A stretch of 32,000 bases of DNA from Pirellula staleyi DSM 6068 (GTDB lineage: Bacteria; Planctomycetota; Planctomycetia; Pirellulales; Pirellulaceae), in assembly GCA_000025185.1 (NCBI GenBank), contig CP001848.1, positions 3,900,001 through 3,932,000 of the forward strand, written 5' to 3'. Positions 11,638 to 20,570 of this stretch are shown here, one piece after another. Numbering within the stretch: the first letter of the stretch is position 1; every line of letters starts with the position of its first letter. The notes under the pieces are model-generated. The model did no database searches. It saw nothing but the letters and a program-made list of their open reading frames with translations, and was not told the DNA's origin. The position numbers were made by a program, and so were the translations under genes.

Positions 11638-11979
11638 ATGCCCACCTACGACTACGAGTGCAGTGCTTGCGGACACAAGTTCGAAGAGTTTCAGTCGATC
11701 TCGGCGGAACTGCTGACCAAGTGTCCCAAGTGCAAAAAGAAGAAGCTCGTTCGGCTGTTTGGTGCCGGCGCAGCGGTGATGTTCAAAGGCTCGGGCTTTT
11801 ACACCACCGACTACCGCAGTGAGTCGTACAAGTCGGCTGCTGCCTCCGATAAGTCGAGTGCCAGCTCGAGCGAATCATCCTCCTCGTCGAGCGAAGCCAA
11901 GCCAGCCCCCAAAGCAGAGAGCAAGCCTGCCAAAACCGAATCGGCGCCAAAATCGAGCGGCAAAAAGGGTGATAAGTAA
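11638..11979 (+). CDS. FmdB-family zinc-ribbon protein (CxxC_CxxC_SSSS type) with Ser/Lys/Ala/Pro-rich tail
   Basis: MPTYDYECSACGHKFEEFQSISAELLTKCPKCKKKKLVRLF matches the family signature, followed by a poly-Ser acidic/basic tail. Confidence 0.8.
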   Translation: MPTYDYECSACGHKFEEFQSISAELLTKCPKCKKKKLVRLFGAGAAVMFKGSGFYTTDYRSESYKSAAASDKSSASSSESSSSSSEAKPAPKAESKPAKTESAPKSSGKKGDK

Positions 11980-12006
11980 GTGCTGGCACGAAAGGCTGCG
12001 ACAACG

Positions 12007-12222
12007 ATGCCCCTCATCCGCTGCCCCATTTGCGAAAAACGGTTCGATCAAGCAACCACCCAGGCAATGCCGTTTTGCAGCGAGCGTTGTCGAAAGATCG
12101 ATCTTGGACGCTGGCTGAATGAAGGGTACAGCGTTCCCGTGGAGCGAATCGACGACGACGAAGAGAGCGAAATCGCTGAAGGTTTCGGCCCCCGTCGCGC
12201 CGCTGACGACGATGACGAATAG
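12007..12222 (+). CDS. yacG: DNA gyrase inhibitor YacG (zinc-binding)
   Basis: Internal ATG 12007 gives MPLIRCPICEKRF...MPFCSERCRKIDLGRWLNEGYSVP. This matches the remembered E. coli YacG core CPTCGK...PFCSKRCQLIDLGEW. The tail is acidic. Confidence 0.8.
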   Translation: MPLIRCPICEKRFDQATTQAMPFCSERCRKIDLGRWLNEGYSVPVERIDDDEESEIAEGFGPRRAADDDDE

Positions 12223-12494
12223 CAGCTGTGCATTTTTGGTAGAGCAGGCTCCCGCCTGTCCGCAGGGCGATTGAACGTTGCTGCCAGATTTCGTCAGGCA
12301 GGAGACTGACCTACTCGCTGCAATGATGATCTCGCCTCGCTGCTCTCTCTTCACATTTCGAACTGCCAATCGGCCCGGAACATCTCGTCCGCTTGCGACC
12401 CACTCGAAGGGGTCGTATTATTCGCCGCAGGTTAGCTAGTTTCTGATCGTTCGAAACGCTCACCTCTCAAGACACTGCGGCAAAGGACGCTCAC

Positions 12495-13709
12495 GTGGCG
12501 ACGGAATCGGGAACTATCAAGCGCGTCGAGTGGCTCGAAGTCATTCCGGCGCTACGTTTGGCCAAAGCAGCTTGGATTGCCCTCACCCCTTCGATCCTTG
12601 CGCTGGCATTCCTCGGGTATCTCGTGTCGTCGATCGGCTGGCAAGCAGCGAGTCTGATCCTGACGCGTGAAGAGCGGTTTCAGCTCACTTTGACGACCGA
12701 ATTTGAGCTCGACGATTATGTTCCCGCATGGAACACCTTCACGCTCGACGGTCCGGTCGAGTACGTGATTCGTCACACCGCAGGACGAGTGGCGATGCTG
12801 GGGCGGATTGATCTTTCGTGGCGCGGTGTCCTCTATTTCATGATCGGCAACCTCTGGGCGATTGGCGTTTGGTCGCTCGTCGGAGGGACGATTTGCCGCT
12901 ACAGCGTCCTCAAACTGGGGGCTGAAGAATCGCCCGATATTTTCGCCTGCGCGCGGATGGTCTTTGCGCGATGGCTCTCGTTTTTCACAGCCCCGCTCTA
13001 TCCCTTGCTGGGTGTTGCTCTGCTGACGCTCCCTCTGGCCATCGCGGGACTCTTGATGCGTGCCGATCTCGGCGTGCTGATCATGGGACTGCTGTGGGTT
13101 GTGGTGCTGCTGGTTTCAGCCGTGATTGCCTGGCTGCTAGTCGGCCTGTTTTTTGGCTGGATATTGATGTGGCCGGCGATCTCTGCCGAGCAGGAAGGGG
13201 ATACGTTCGATGCCTTCAGCCGATCGTATTCCTACGTATTCGGCAAACCGGTGCACTATGCGTTCTATCTGGTGGTGGCGGGACTGGTTGGCTGGTTTGC
13301 GCTCGAACTTGTCGAGTATGTCGCGGCCGTGGTGATTCGGGCCGGGTTCTGGGGAACATCGTGGGGCGCTGGTCGCCAGCGAACGCTCGAGATTCAGGCG
13401 TTTGTCGCAGCCTTTCAAAGTTCTATTCAGCTCGAGGGGGCTCCCAAGCTCAACAGCAGCGAGCACATCGGCGCGTGGCTCATCAGCTGGAGCATCGCGA
13501 TTGTGCGTGCGGTTCCTCGGTCGTTCGCCTATGCCTTTTTCTTCGTCGCTGCGAGTGGCATCTACCTGCTGCTGCGAAAAGATGTCGACGATAAAGAGCT
13601 CGACGATCTCTACCACGAAGATGACGCGGCTCGTTTTGCCGCTGGTCGTCGCGCCGTTTCGGTTGGCGTTCCGAGCGCTAGTTCCGATGTGAACAACGAA
13701 GGTGAATAG
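12495..13709 (+). CDS. polytopic integral membrane protein, unknown function
   Basis: 404-aa ORF (GTG start) with at least 6 long hydrophobic segments, for example LTPSILALAFLGYLVSSIGW, LGVLIMGLLWVVVLLVSAVIAWLLVGLFFGWILMW and FAYAFFFVAASGIYLLL. Coding-like GC3. Family not recognised. Confidence 0.7.
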   Translation: MATESGTIKRVEWLEVIPALRLAKAAWIALTPSILALAFLGYLVSSIGWQAASLILTREERFQLTLTTEFELDDYVPAWNTFTLDGPVEYVIRHTAGRVAMLGRIDLSWRGVLYFMIGNLWAIGVWSLVGGTICRYSVLKLGAEESPDIFACARMVFARWLSFFTAPLYPLLGVALLTLPLAIAGLLMRADLGVLIMGLLWVVVLLVSAVIAWLLVGLFFGWILMWPAISAEQEGDTFDAFSRSYSYVFGKPVHYAFYLVVAGLVGWFALELVEYVAAVVIRAGFWGTSWGAGRQRTLEIQAFVAAFQSSIQLEGAPKLNSSEHIGAWLISWSIAIVRAVPRSFAYAFFFVAASGIYLLLRKDVDDKELDDLYHEDDAARFAAGRRAVSVGVPSASSDVNNEGE

Positions 13710-13729
13710 CGACAGCCATTCAGCGCGCT

Positions 13730-14080
13730 TTAGCTGGCGACAAGTTCGCGAAAGATGGTGGCGTAGGAGTTGTTGAACTCGCCGCGGCTCATCACGACAT
13801 CGCAGCCAGCCACCGTGGCTGCTTGCAGCGACGCGATATCGACGTGCGGCCCGTAGGCCAGAATTTTCGCCTGCGGTGCGCCAGAGCGAGTCGCTGCAAC
13901 AATGTTGTCGATCGCTCCCGGGGCAGCTGCCAGGTCGATGATCACGAGCCTTGTTTCGCTCGAAAGTTTGGCGGGAAGATCTGCCGCAGTGAGGGCGATG
14001 GCGAGCTTTGCGCCGGTCGCGGTAGCAGCCGACATCAAGCGGGTGGCGAACATCATTTCGGGCGAAAGAAAAACGATCAC
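13730..14080 (-). CDS. CheY-like receiver-fold protein, degenerate (acidic pocket lost)
   Basis: Part of track ORF 13730..14260. The first start after the kinase stop is GTG (complement of 14078-14080). The pattern IVFLS...RLVIIDL...KILAYGPHVD...GCDVVMSRGEF follows the receiver beta1/beta3/beta4/beta5 layout. The DD pair is replaced by SP and the conserved Lys by Arg. The start is uncertain. Confidence 0.55.
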   Translation of the reverse strand: MIVFLSPEMMFATRLMSAATATGAKLAIALTAADLPAKLSSETRLVIIDLAAAPGAIDNIVAATRSGAPQAKILAYGPHVDIASLQAATVAGCDVVMSRGEFNNSYATIFRELVAS

Positions 14081-14150
14081 GCGCAGCTCGTCTCGTGAAA
14101 TAAGGACCGGGAGATGGTGTCGGCGAAGCTCGGCCTCAGCAAAAAATGCA

Positions 14151-15305
14151 CTAAGCCGAGTGGCTCGCTTGTCCCGATGGGTCGGTGTTCGACTCATCGA
14201 GCTCTTTGAGTTCTTCAAGCCACTGGCGAATCTCGTTGTTGTATTCGCTGGCGAGATCACCCATCACCAGTTGGCGATGGAAGGCGGCAGCCCCTTCTTT
14301 TAGAAGTTCAGCCGCCTCGGCGCTCGGGAATCGGCGGAGCGGATCGGGGGCGATCATGCCGCGGCAGAAGCTCAGCAGCAGATCGCAGCGAATCACATCC
14401 TCGGGCAAGACTTCGTGCAGACGCTGCGGAAGCGAGCGTTTGGATTCCAGTAGCGCGCGTGCATCTTGATTGCCGGTAAACAGTGGGCGACCAGCGAGGA
14501 GTTCGATCAGCACGTAGCCGAGCGAACAGAGATCGCTGCGCGGGGTGCACTCCCGATTTTCGAGCACTTCGGGGGCGGCATAAGCGAGCGTGCAGTTGCG
14601 CGAGCGCGGTGGATTGCGAATCTCGAACGCCGATCCGAAGTCGACAATCTTCGCGATGCCGGTGCGCTTCATCATGATGTTCGACGGCTTGATATCGCCG
14701 TGCACCATGCCGTGGCGATGCAGGGCGGCCAGGCCGTTGAGGCAGTCGCGCACAATGGCTACCGCAACGCCTGCTTTCAAGCGAGGCTGAACCGGTCCGG
14801 CGGTCACAATCACGCGGTTGATGTATTCCCAGCGGCGAGCGCTGACACTCGTCCGCATCCGGTCGAGCATCTTTTGCGTCACCAGCCGCTGCAGGTCATA
14901 GCCGTCGATCCACTCCATCACCAACATGCGAATCCGCATCCGGTCGACAAAGTTGTAGACGTACAGCAGGTTGTCGTGCTGCAGCTGAGCCAGGCGGGCC
15001 AAGGCCATCGCCATCCGCTGCATCGCTTCGTCGTAGCTAGCGACGTCGTCGAACCGTTCGGGAGAGAAAATCTTGAGCGCTGCGGGGAGCGTAAAATCAT
15101 CGGTGCCGCGGAGTTCGGTCAGATAGACCACTCCCTGACCACCCGATCCGAGACGCCGCTGAAGTCGCATGTGCGACGTCCACGCGAGCCGCTTTTCCTC
15201 GACGATTTCGTTATAGCGGTCGACAAGTTCATTGGGTGCACGAGGAGACTCCAGTCCCCCCTGCGTGAGCGTGACATTAATGTCTTGACGTGTTGTGGTG
15301 AGCAC
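14151..15305 (-). CDS. Hanks-type Ser/Thr protein kinase, non-RD (HGD catalytic loop), soluble
   Basis: Glycine loop GSGGQGVVY, AALKIF (VAIK Lys), HGDIKPSN (complement of 14679-14702), DFG and APE are all present. No TM segment. GTG start. Confidence 0.9.
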   Translation of the reverse strand: MLTTTRQDINVTLTQGGLESPRAPNELVDRYNEIVEEKRLAWTSHMRLQRRLGSGGQGVVYLTELRGTDDFTLPAALKIFSPERFDDVASYDEAMQRMAMALARLAQLQHDNLLYVYNFVDRMRIRMLVMEWIDGYDLQRLVTQKMLDRMRTSVSARRWEYINRVIVTAGPVQPRLKAGVAVAIVRDCLNGLAALHRHGMVHGDIKPSNIMMKRTGIAKIVDFGSAFEIRNPPRSRNCTLAYAAPEVLENRECTPRSDLCSLGYVLIELLAGRPLFTGNQDARALLESKRSLPQRLHEVLPEDVIRCDLLLSFCRGMIAPDPLRRFPSAEAAELLKEGAAAFHRQLVMGDLASEYNNEIRQWLEELKELDESNTDPSGQASHSA

Positions 15306-15520
15306 GAGCGAAAACTCCGCCGATCTTCGGGCAACCTCCGTGTACTACCGCCTGACGTGTAGTAATTGAATGGATTTTTGGAGCAGGGTAAAGAGTAGAG
15401 AGCCAGGTTCCTGGAGATCGGTTCGCTCTGCCCAGAAGGCGCAGGCTTGCCCGGCGCGCTAAACTGAAGTGCGGAGAATCTGCCTCTAGTCAGCCCCACT
15501 GCCGAGAAACGAAGCCACCT

Positions 15521-17233
15521 ATGGAACCGAGCCAGACGCCCCAGCCGCGTGTAGGTGGTGTGATTCACACGTATCAGCAGTACGATCCCCTGAATTTTCC
15601 GAGCCCGACCCAGCCACCTCCGGACCTCGTCTCGCCGGCGATGGACCATTTGCTGATGTACGGCGAGTCGCGTCGGCTGACCCCCGAGGAACTTGCTCGG
15701 GCCATTCGACTCGACCCGAGCCAGATTGCCGGACTGGGGCCGAGCATCGATGCGTTGCTCGCCATGCTCCGCGAACGCAAACGAAAAATCTTAGCCAAGT
15801 TCGAGACACGTTCGGTCCAAAACGTCGCCAAAAAAGATTTTCAGCGGTCGGCTGGAAAACTCGATCCCCCTAAGGAACTCGAGAAGCGTTTTCGACGGGC
15901 AGTGGCTGAAGAACAGCTCCGCGACCTCGAAATGCTCTGGTACGCCGCTGGGGACGACACGTCGCGTTTTGCGCGGGGGCTAGTGCAGCTGGTCGAGAAT
16001 CTGGGCGAGAAATACCAGATCGATCAGCTCGCTTCGAAGTATGAATTCACCGGGCAAGAGCCGCTGACGGTCCCCGAAGCATTAGCGGTGAAGGACGAAC
16101 TCGAGAAGATCGACAAACTGATCGCGCAGCTCGAAGAGGCTCGCAAGAATGCCCAGATCGCGATTATCGATCTCGAACTGCTTGAGCAGTTTACTGAGCC
16201 GGGGGATCTCGAAAAACTCGAAGAATTACAGCGCATGACAGAGGATCTAGTGCGCGAAATGGCCGAGCGACAAGGGCTCGAGCAAGAGAATGGCACCTTC
16301 CGCGTCACTCCCAAGGCGATGCGCATTTTTCAGAGCAAACTGCTCGAAAAAATCTTTAGTAAACTCGATGCCTCGCGAACCGGTCGCCACCAGGGACCGA
16401 TCGTCGGAGAAGGCTCGGTCGAGATGCAGGCGACACGCCCTTACGAATTTGGCGATTCGCTGTCGGAAATGGATATTCCCCAAACGATGATCAACGCGCT
16501 GCTGCGAACCGGCGGCGCTGGTCCTGTCGGTTTGAAGGGAGAAGATATCGTTGTCCACCGCACGCGCAATGCCCCGAAGTGCGCCACAGCCGTGATCATG
16601 GACATGAGCGGCTCGATGCGCAACGATGGTCAGTACGTGAACGTCAAACGGATGGCGCTGGCGCTCGAGGGGCTGATTCGCCGCGAATATCCGGGCGATT
16701 ATCTGCAGTTCATTGAAATGTTTACCTTCGCCAAGCCGGTGCGCTCCGGGGAAATCGCCGAGCTGATGCCCAAACGGGTCACGCTGTTCGATCCGGTGGT
16801 GCGGCTGAAAATCGATATGAGCCGCAGCGATATCAGCGAGTACCGGATCCCGCCTCACTTCACCAACATTCAGCGCTCGCTGCATCAGGCGCGTCAGTTT
16901 TTGTCGACGCAGGATACTCCGAACCGGCAGATCATTTTGATTACCGACGGTCTTCCCACGGCACATTTTCAAGGGGAATGGCTCTACCTGCTCTATCCCC
17001 CAGATCCATTGACCGAAGCGGCCACCATGCGCGAAGGGATGCTGTGTGCTCGCGAAGGGATCACCATCAACTTGTTCCTGCTGCCGAGTTGGTCGCAGTC
17101 GGAAGAAGATATCCGGTTTGCCTATCGGCTTGCGGAAAGCACCAAGGGACGTGTCTTCTTCACAGCGGGGCGCGATCTCGACCGTTTTGTGGTGTGGGAC
17201 TACGTCAGCCGCAAACGGGAGATCATGAGCTAA
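15521..17233 (+). CDS. VWA (MIDAS) domain protein with long N-terminal helical/coiled-coil region (CoxE-like, MoxR-partner type)
   Basis: 570 aa. MIDAS DxSxS is DMSGS at 16601-16615, followed by ILITDGLPT. The N-terminal ~330 aa are rich in E/K/L heptad-like sequence (DELEKIDKLIAQLEEARKNAQIAIIDLELLEQF). Confidence 0.85.
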   Translation: MEPSQTPQPRVGGVIHTYQQYDPLNFPSPTQPPPDLVSPAMDHLLMYGESRRLTPEELARAIRLDPSQIAGLGPSIDALLAMLRERKRKILAKFETRSVQNVAKKDFQRSAGKLDPPKELEKRFRRAVAEEQLRDLEMLWYAAGDDTSRFARGLVQLVENLGEKYQIDQLASKYEFTGQEPLTVPEALAVKDELEKIDKLIAQLEEARKNAQIAIIDLELLEQFTEPGDLEKLEELQRMTEDLVREMAERQGLEQENGTFRVTPKAMRIFQSKLLEKIFSKLDASRTGRHQGPIVGEGSVEMQATRPYEFGDSLSEMDIPQTMINALLRTGGAGPVGLKGEDIVVHRTRNAPKCATAVIMDMSGSMRNDGQYVNVKRMALALEGLIRREYPGDYLQFIEMFTFAKPVRSGEIAELMPKRVTLFDPVVRLKIDMSRSDISEYRIPPHFTNIQRSLHQARQFLSTQDTPNRQIILITDGLPTAHFQGEWLYLLYPPDPLTEAATMREGMLCAREGITINLFLLPSWSQSEEDIRFAYRLAESTKGRVFFTAGRDLDRFVVWDYVSRKREIMS

Positions 17234-17301
17234 GCCGCTTGCTGCGAGATTTACGCATTGCTCGATGACGCCGCAAGCACTTGCTGCTACCATCATCCAG
17301 C

Positions 17302-18534
17302 ATGGAAGCAGTGACTATCGACGATATTCGTGCAGCCGCCAGCCGCATTGCCGGTGGTGTGCTGGTTACCCCCTGCACCTACGCTGCTGCGCTATCGCAG
17401 CTCACCGGGTGCGAGCTTTATTGCAAGCTCGAGATGCTGCAGCGGACCGGCAGCTTTAAAGAGCGCGGCGCTCGCAACGCGCTGCTGCTGCTCGACGAAA
17501 CCTCGCGCCACAAAGGGGTGATCGCGGCGAGCGCCGGCAATCACGCGCTCGCCTTGGCGCATCATGGGGCGGAACTCGGCATCCCTGTCACGGTCGTGAT
17601 GCCGAGCTATGCGCCGCTGGTGAAGCAGGTGAATTCGCGCAAGCTCGGAGCCCGCGTGATTGTGTCGGGCAATAGTTTTGCCGAGGCCCGCGCCAAAGCC
17701 GATGAACTAGTCGAGCGCGAAGGTCTGACCTACGTGCATGGCTACGATGATCCCGCCGTGATTGCAGGGCAGGGGACACTCGGTCTGGAACTGCTGGAGC
17801 AGGTCGAGAACCTCGATGCTGTGGTCGTTCCCGTCGGTGGTGGGGGACTGCTGGCAGGGGTTGCGCTCGCCATCAAGTCGGTGAAGCCGAGCGTTCAAGT
17901 GATCGCTGTCGAAGCAGCTGCTGCTGCGGGCTATTCCGCTGCACTGGCCCACGGTCGGGTGGTGCCGATGCACTGCGGACCAACGCTGGCCGATGGTTTG
18001 GCGGTCTCGAGTGTCGGCCGATTCGCGTTTCAAGTCGCGCGCGATCGTGTCGATCAAGTGGTGCAAGTGAGCGAGCCACAGATCGCGCGGGCTGTGGTGC
18101 GGCTGATGGAGCTCGAGCGGAGCGTGGTCGAAGGAGCTGGCTCGGCGGGGCTTGCTGCCGTGTGCGGGCCGCTGCAAGAACAGCTGGCGGGAAAACGTGT
18201 CGCAATTGTGCTTTGCGGCGGAAATATCGATCTTTTGATCGTCAGTCGACTGATTGAAGTGGCGCTGGCGAGCGATGGACGTCTCGCGCGATTCTCGGCG
18301 GTGATTAGCGATCGTCCTGGTGGACTCGCGCAGTTTGCTACAGCAGTGGCAACGATCGGCGCGAGCATTCAGCAAGTCGAACACGAACGCATCTTTGCAG
18401 GTCCCGACATGGCTGCGGTGACGGTGCGCTGCACGGTGGAAACGCGCGATCGCAATCACATGCAAGATCTCTATCAACATCTCCGCTCGTTTGGCATTGT
18501 CGTCACACCGCTCGATGATCTGGCCACGATCTAG
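17302..18534 (+). CDS. ilvA: threonine ammonia-lyase (threonine dehydratase) with single C-terminal ACT-like domain
   Basis: Internal ATG 17302 (MEAVTIDDIRAA). PLP-lysine motif GSFKERGA, AGNHA, and Gly-rich loop PVGGGGLLAG. A C-terminal ~80-aa regulatory domain is present. Confidence 0.9.
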   Translation: MEAVTIDDIRAAASRIAGGVLVTPCTYAAALSQLTGCELYCKLEMLQRTGSFKERGARNALLLLDETSRHKGVIAASAGNHALALAHHGAELGIPVTVVMPSYAPLVKQVNSRKLGARVIVSGNSFAEARAKADELVEREGLTYVHGYDDPAVIAGQGTLGLELLEQVENLDAVVVPVGGGGLLAGVALAIKSVKPSVQVIAVEAAAAAGYSAALAHGRVVPMHCGPTLADGLAVSSVGRFAFQVARDRVDQVVQVSEPQIARAVVRLMELERSVVEGAGSAGLAAVCGPLQEQLAGKRVAIVLCGGNIDLLIVSRLIEVALASDGRLARFSAVISDRPGGLAQFATAVATIGASIQQVEHERIFAGPDMAAVTVRCTVETRDRNHMQDLYQHLRSFGIVVTPLDDLATI

Positions 18535-18673
18535 CGCGCTGGTTGCTGCTCAAGAGGAGCGCGCGAACTTTCGCGAAGTCTCAGGAAAGATGCGCCAAGA
18601 GATTGTCAAACGCCTGTCGCGTTGATTAGGCTGTGATGAGTGAGTGACGATTGAAGCACGCTAGTGGCGTGAT

Positions 18674-18700
18674 GTGCGAGCGAGTGGCTCGCACTTTTTT
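18674..18700 (+). terminator. Rho-independent terminator downstream of ilvA
   Basis: gtgcgagc-gagtg-gctcgcac forms a perfect 8-bp stem with a 5-nt loop, followed by tttttt. Confidence 0.8.
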
Positions 18701-18729
18701 CATCGCACCAAGGATGTGAGCACTGAAGT

Positions 18730-19413
18730 ATGCAGCGCGAGTTCGCACGCTTCGTCGAAGAGCCAACGCGAGCCAATTATTTGGCGGCACGCGCTGCGCT
18801 CCTGGCGAAGTCGCCGATACCTGTCGATGCAACCGACCTCGCACATTTGGGAGCGATGCTCGATGCGGGTGAGTACGACGAAGCGCTTGCGCGGCTCGAA
18901 CTGCTCCCACCCTCGGCAGCCATCTCGCCCCGCGTTCACTTCTTAGCAGCGGAAGCGGCTGAAGCAACCGGCGACGACGAGAACGTCGAACTCGAGCGCT
19001 ATCTGTTCGTCATCTGCTTGCAGGCGATGCTCGCCACTGGCAGTGGAACTTCTGCCGAGCCGTACCAGGTTTGCCATCCCTCGGATGAATATGATTTGCT
19101 CGAAGTGCTCGAGCTCACTCCCGCAGCACAGCGGTTGGAAGAGTACGAAGGTCGGCTGTTCGACGTGCTGCTTTGCACCACCGGCCGCGAAGTCTGGTTC
19201 GATATGTCGCATCGCCTGGGGCTGCCGGGCTCCAAAAAGCGAATGACGACGCCACCTCGCCGCCGAGCGCGGGTGCGTGTGGTGCGTCCCGATGCGGGGC
19301 ATCGGCGCGGCGCATCGACCGCCGTGAAAAGCCCTCGCACAGCAAAAACTGCTCGAAAAACGAGCGTTTCTCCGCGTAAACGGGTCACTCGGCTCGAGCA
19401 CGACGACGCGTAA
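18730..19413 (+). CDS. hypothetical protein: acidic helical N-domain plus strongly basic S/T-P-R/K tail
   Basis: 227-aa ORF with ATG start and coding-like codon usage. The last ~60 aa are KKRMTTPPRRRARVRVVRPDAGHRRGASTAVKSPRTAKTARKTSVSPRKRVTRLEHDDA. Confidence 0.6.
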   Translation: MQREFARFVEEPTRANYLAARAALLAKSPIPVDATDLAHLGAMLDAGEYDEALARLELLPPSAAISPRVHFLAAEAAEATGDDENVELERYLFVICLQAMLATGSGTSAEPYQVCHPSDEYDLLEVLELTPAAQRLEEYEGRLFDVLLCTTGREVWFDMSHRLGLPGSKKRMTTPPRRRARVRVVRPDAGHRRGASTAVKSPRTAKTARKTSVSPRKRVTRLEHDDA

Positions 19414-19459
19414 TTTCAGCGGCACGCCCCAGCTTAGCTGCGACTCATCTGAGCCGCGA

Positions 19460-20323
19460 TTACGGAAACGACGTGCTGTACGAGCGATTGCCACGCACCG
19501 TTTCGAGCGTCCAGCGATAGCGATTCTTCCCGAGCAAATCGACCGGCAGATCGAAGTAGCTTCGAATCTTCAGAATGTCTTCGGTCTTAGGAATCGAAGC
19601 GGCTCCCGAAGCAATATCGCTCGAGATCACCAGCACGTAGTACTTGCCACGATCGGGAAGTTCGATGGCGTAGCTGCCGTTTTCATCGCAGCGGGCAAAA
19701 CCGCCGCCAATGCTTCGTAAGATCGAAAGCCCGCGTTGATCGCGCGCCGGCAGCGGATCATCGGGACGCAGGCCGCTCACCGGAATACGCTCGTCGATAT
19801 TGGCGGTCGACTCGGGAACGATCATCACCACCGCGCCCGCATCGGGAAGTGTTTGCCCCGAAATTTTCACGGTGATTTTGCCGGTGATCAAACAGGCTTC
19901 CGCAGCGCGTGGGGCAGCAGGTGTCGACAGCAGCGAGCTGCCCATCAAGATCCCAAGCAGGAAGCAGATGAGACCGACGCCAAGAAGCAGTCCCCCTTGG
20001 GCATAGAGTGTCCAGCGCGGAATGGCGATGTATTCGGGCTGTCCCGCTGCACTCTGCTCGTCGTGATGTTCCTCGTCGTGTTCGTAGACCAGTTCGTGAT
20101 CGTCGAACACTAAGTACTGCGGAAAACCTTCTTCGGCATCAGCAGTGGTGGTGTTGGTGGTGGTGGTTGCCACCTGGGCCGAAGCTGGCGCGGCTGCGGG
20201 AGCCTCTTCGGCCGGGATTGCGATCGTTGTCTTGCAGCGTGGACAGACTGCTTCGCTTCCCGCCTTGCGCGAGCTGACGCTCAACTTCTGGCTGCACTTG
20301 GGACAAGCGAAACGAATCGGCAT
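19460..20323 (-). CDS. zinc-ribbon / single-TM / beta-sandwich (carboxypeptidase-regulatory-like) membrane protein
   Basis: N-terminus MPIRFACPKCSQKLSVSSRKAGSEAVCPRCKTTIAIP (CxxC...CxxC), then a Thr/acidic/His linker and a TM segment LLLGVGLICFLLGILMGSSLL. The C-terminal ~150 aa show alternating beta-like pattern (ITGKITVKISG...YAIELPDRGKYYVLVISS). Confidence 0.65.
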   Translation of the reverse strand: MPIRFACPKCSQKLSVSSRKAGSEAVCPRCKTTIAIPAEEAPAAAPASAQVATTTTNTTTADAEEGFPQYLVFDDHELVYEHDEEHHDEQSAAGQPEYIAIPRWTLYAQGGLLLGVGLICFLLGILMGSSLLSTPAAPRAAEACLITGKITVKISGQTLPDAGAVVMIVPESTANIDERIPVSGLRPDDPLPARDQRGLSILRSIGGGFARCDENGSYAIELPDRGKYYVLVISSDIASGAASIPKTEDILKIRSYFDLPVDLLGKNRYRWTLETVRGNRSYSTSFP

Positions 20324-20570
20324 GGTGACGACTTAGCAGGTGTGCGGGCTGTGAAGAACCGATCTGGTCGAGTGGCGTAGCGCTCGAAAGGATGCCACGA
20401 ATCTCTCTACCCTAATTTCCGCAGGGCTGAATTCCCAGCATGGCTGCCGTTTGCTCGAGCTCAGGAAACTGCCGGCGGTGCATTTGTAGTGGCAAAAGGA
20501 GTTGTGTCGGTTGCACCAGTGGCTGCTGGCGGGCGAGGAGAGTGGCGAAGCGGCCCCGGGCAATTTCAGG

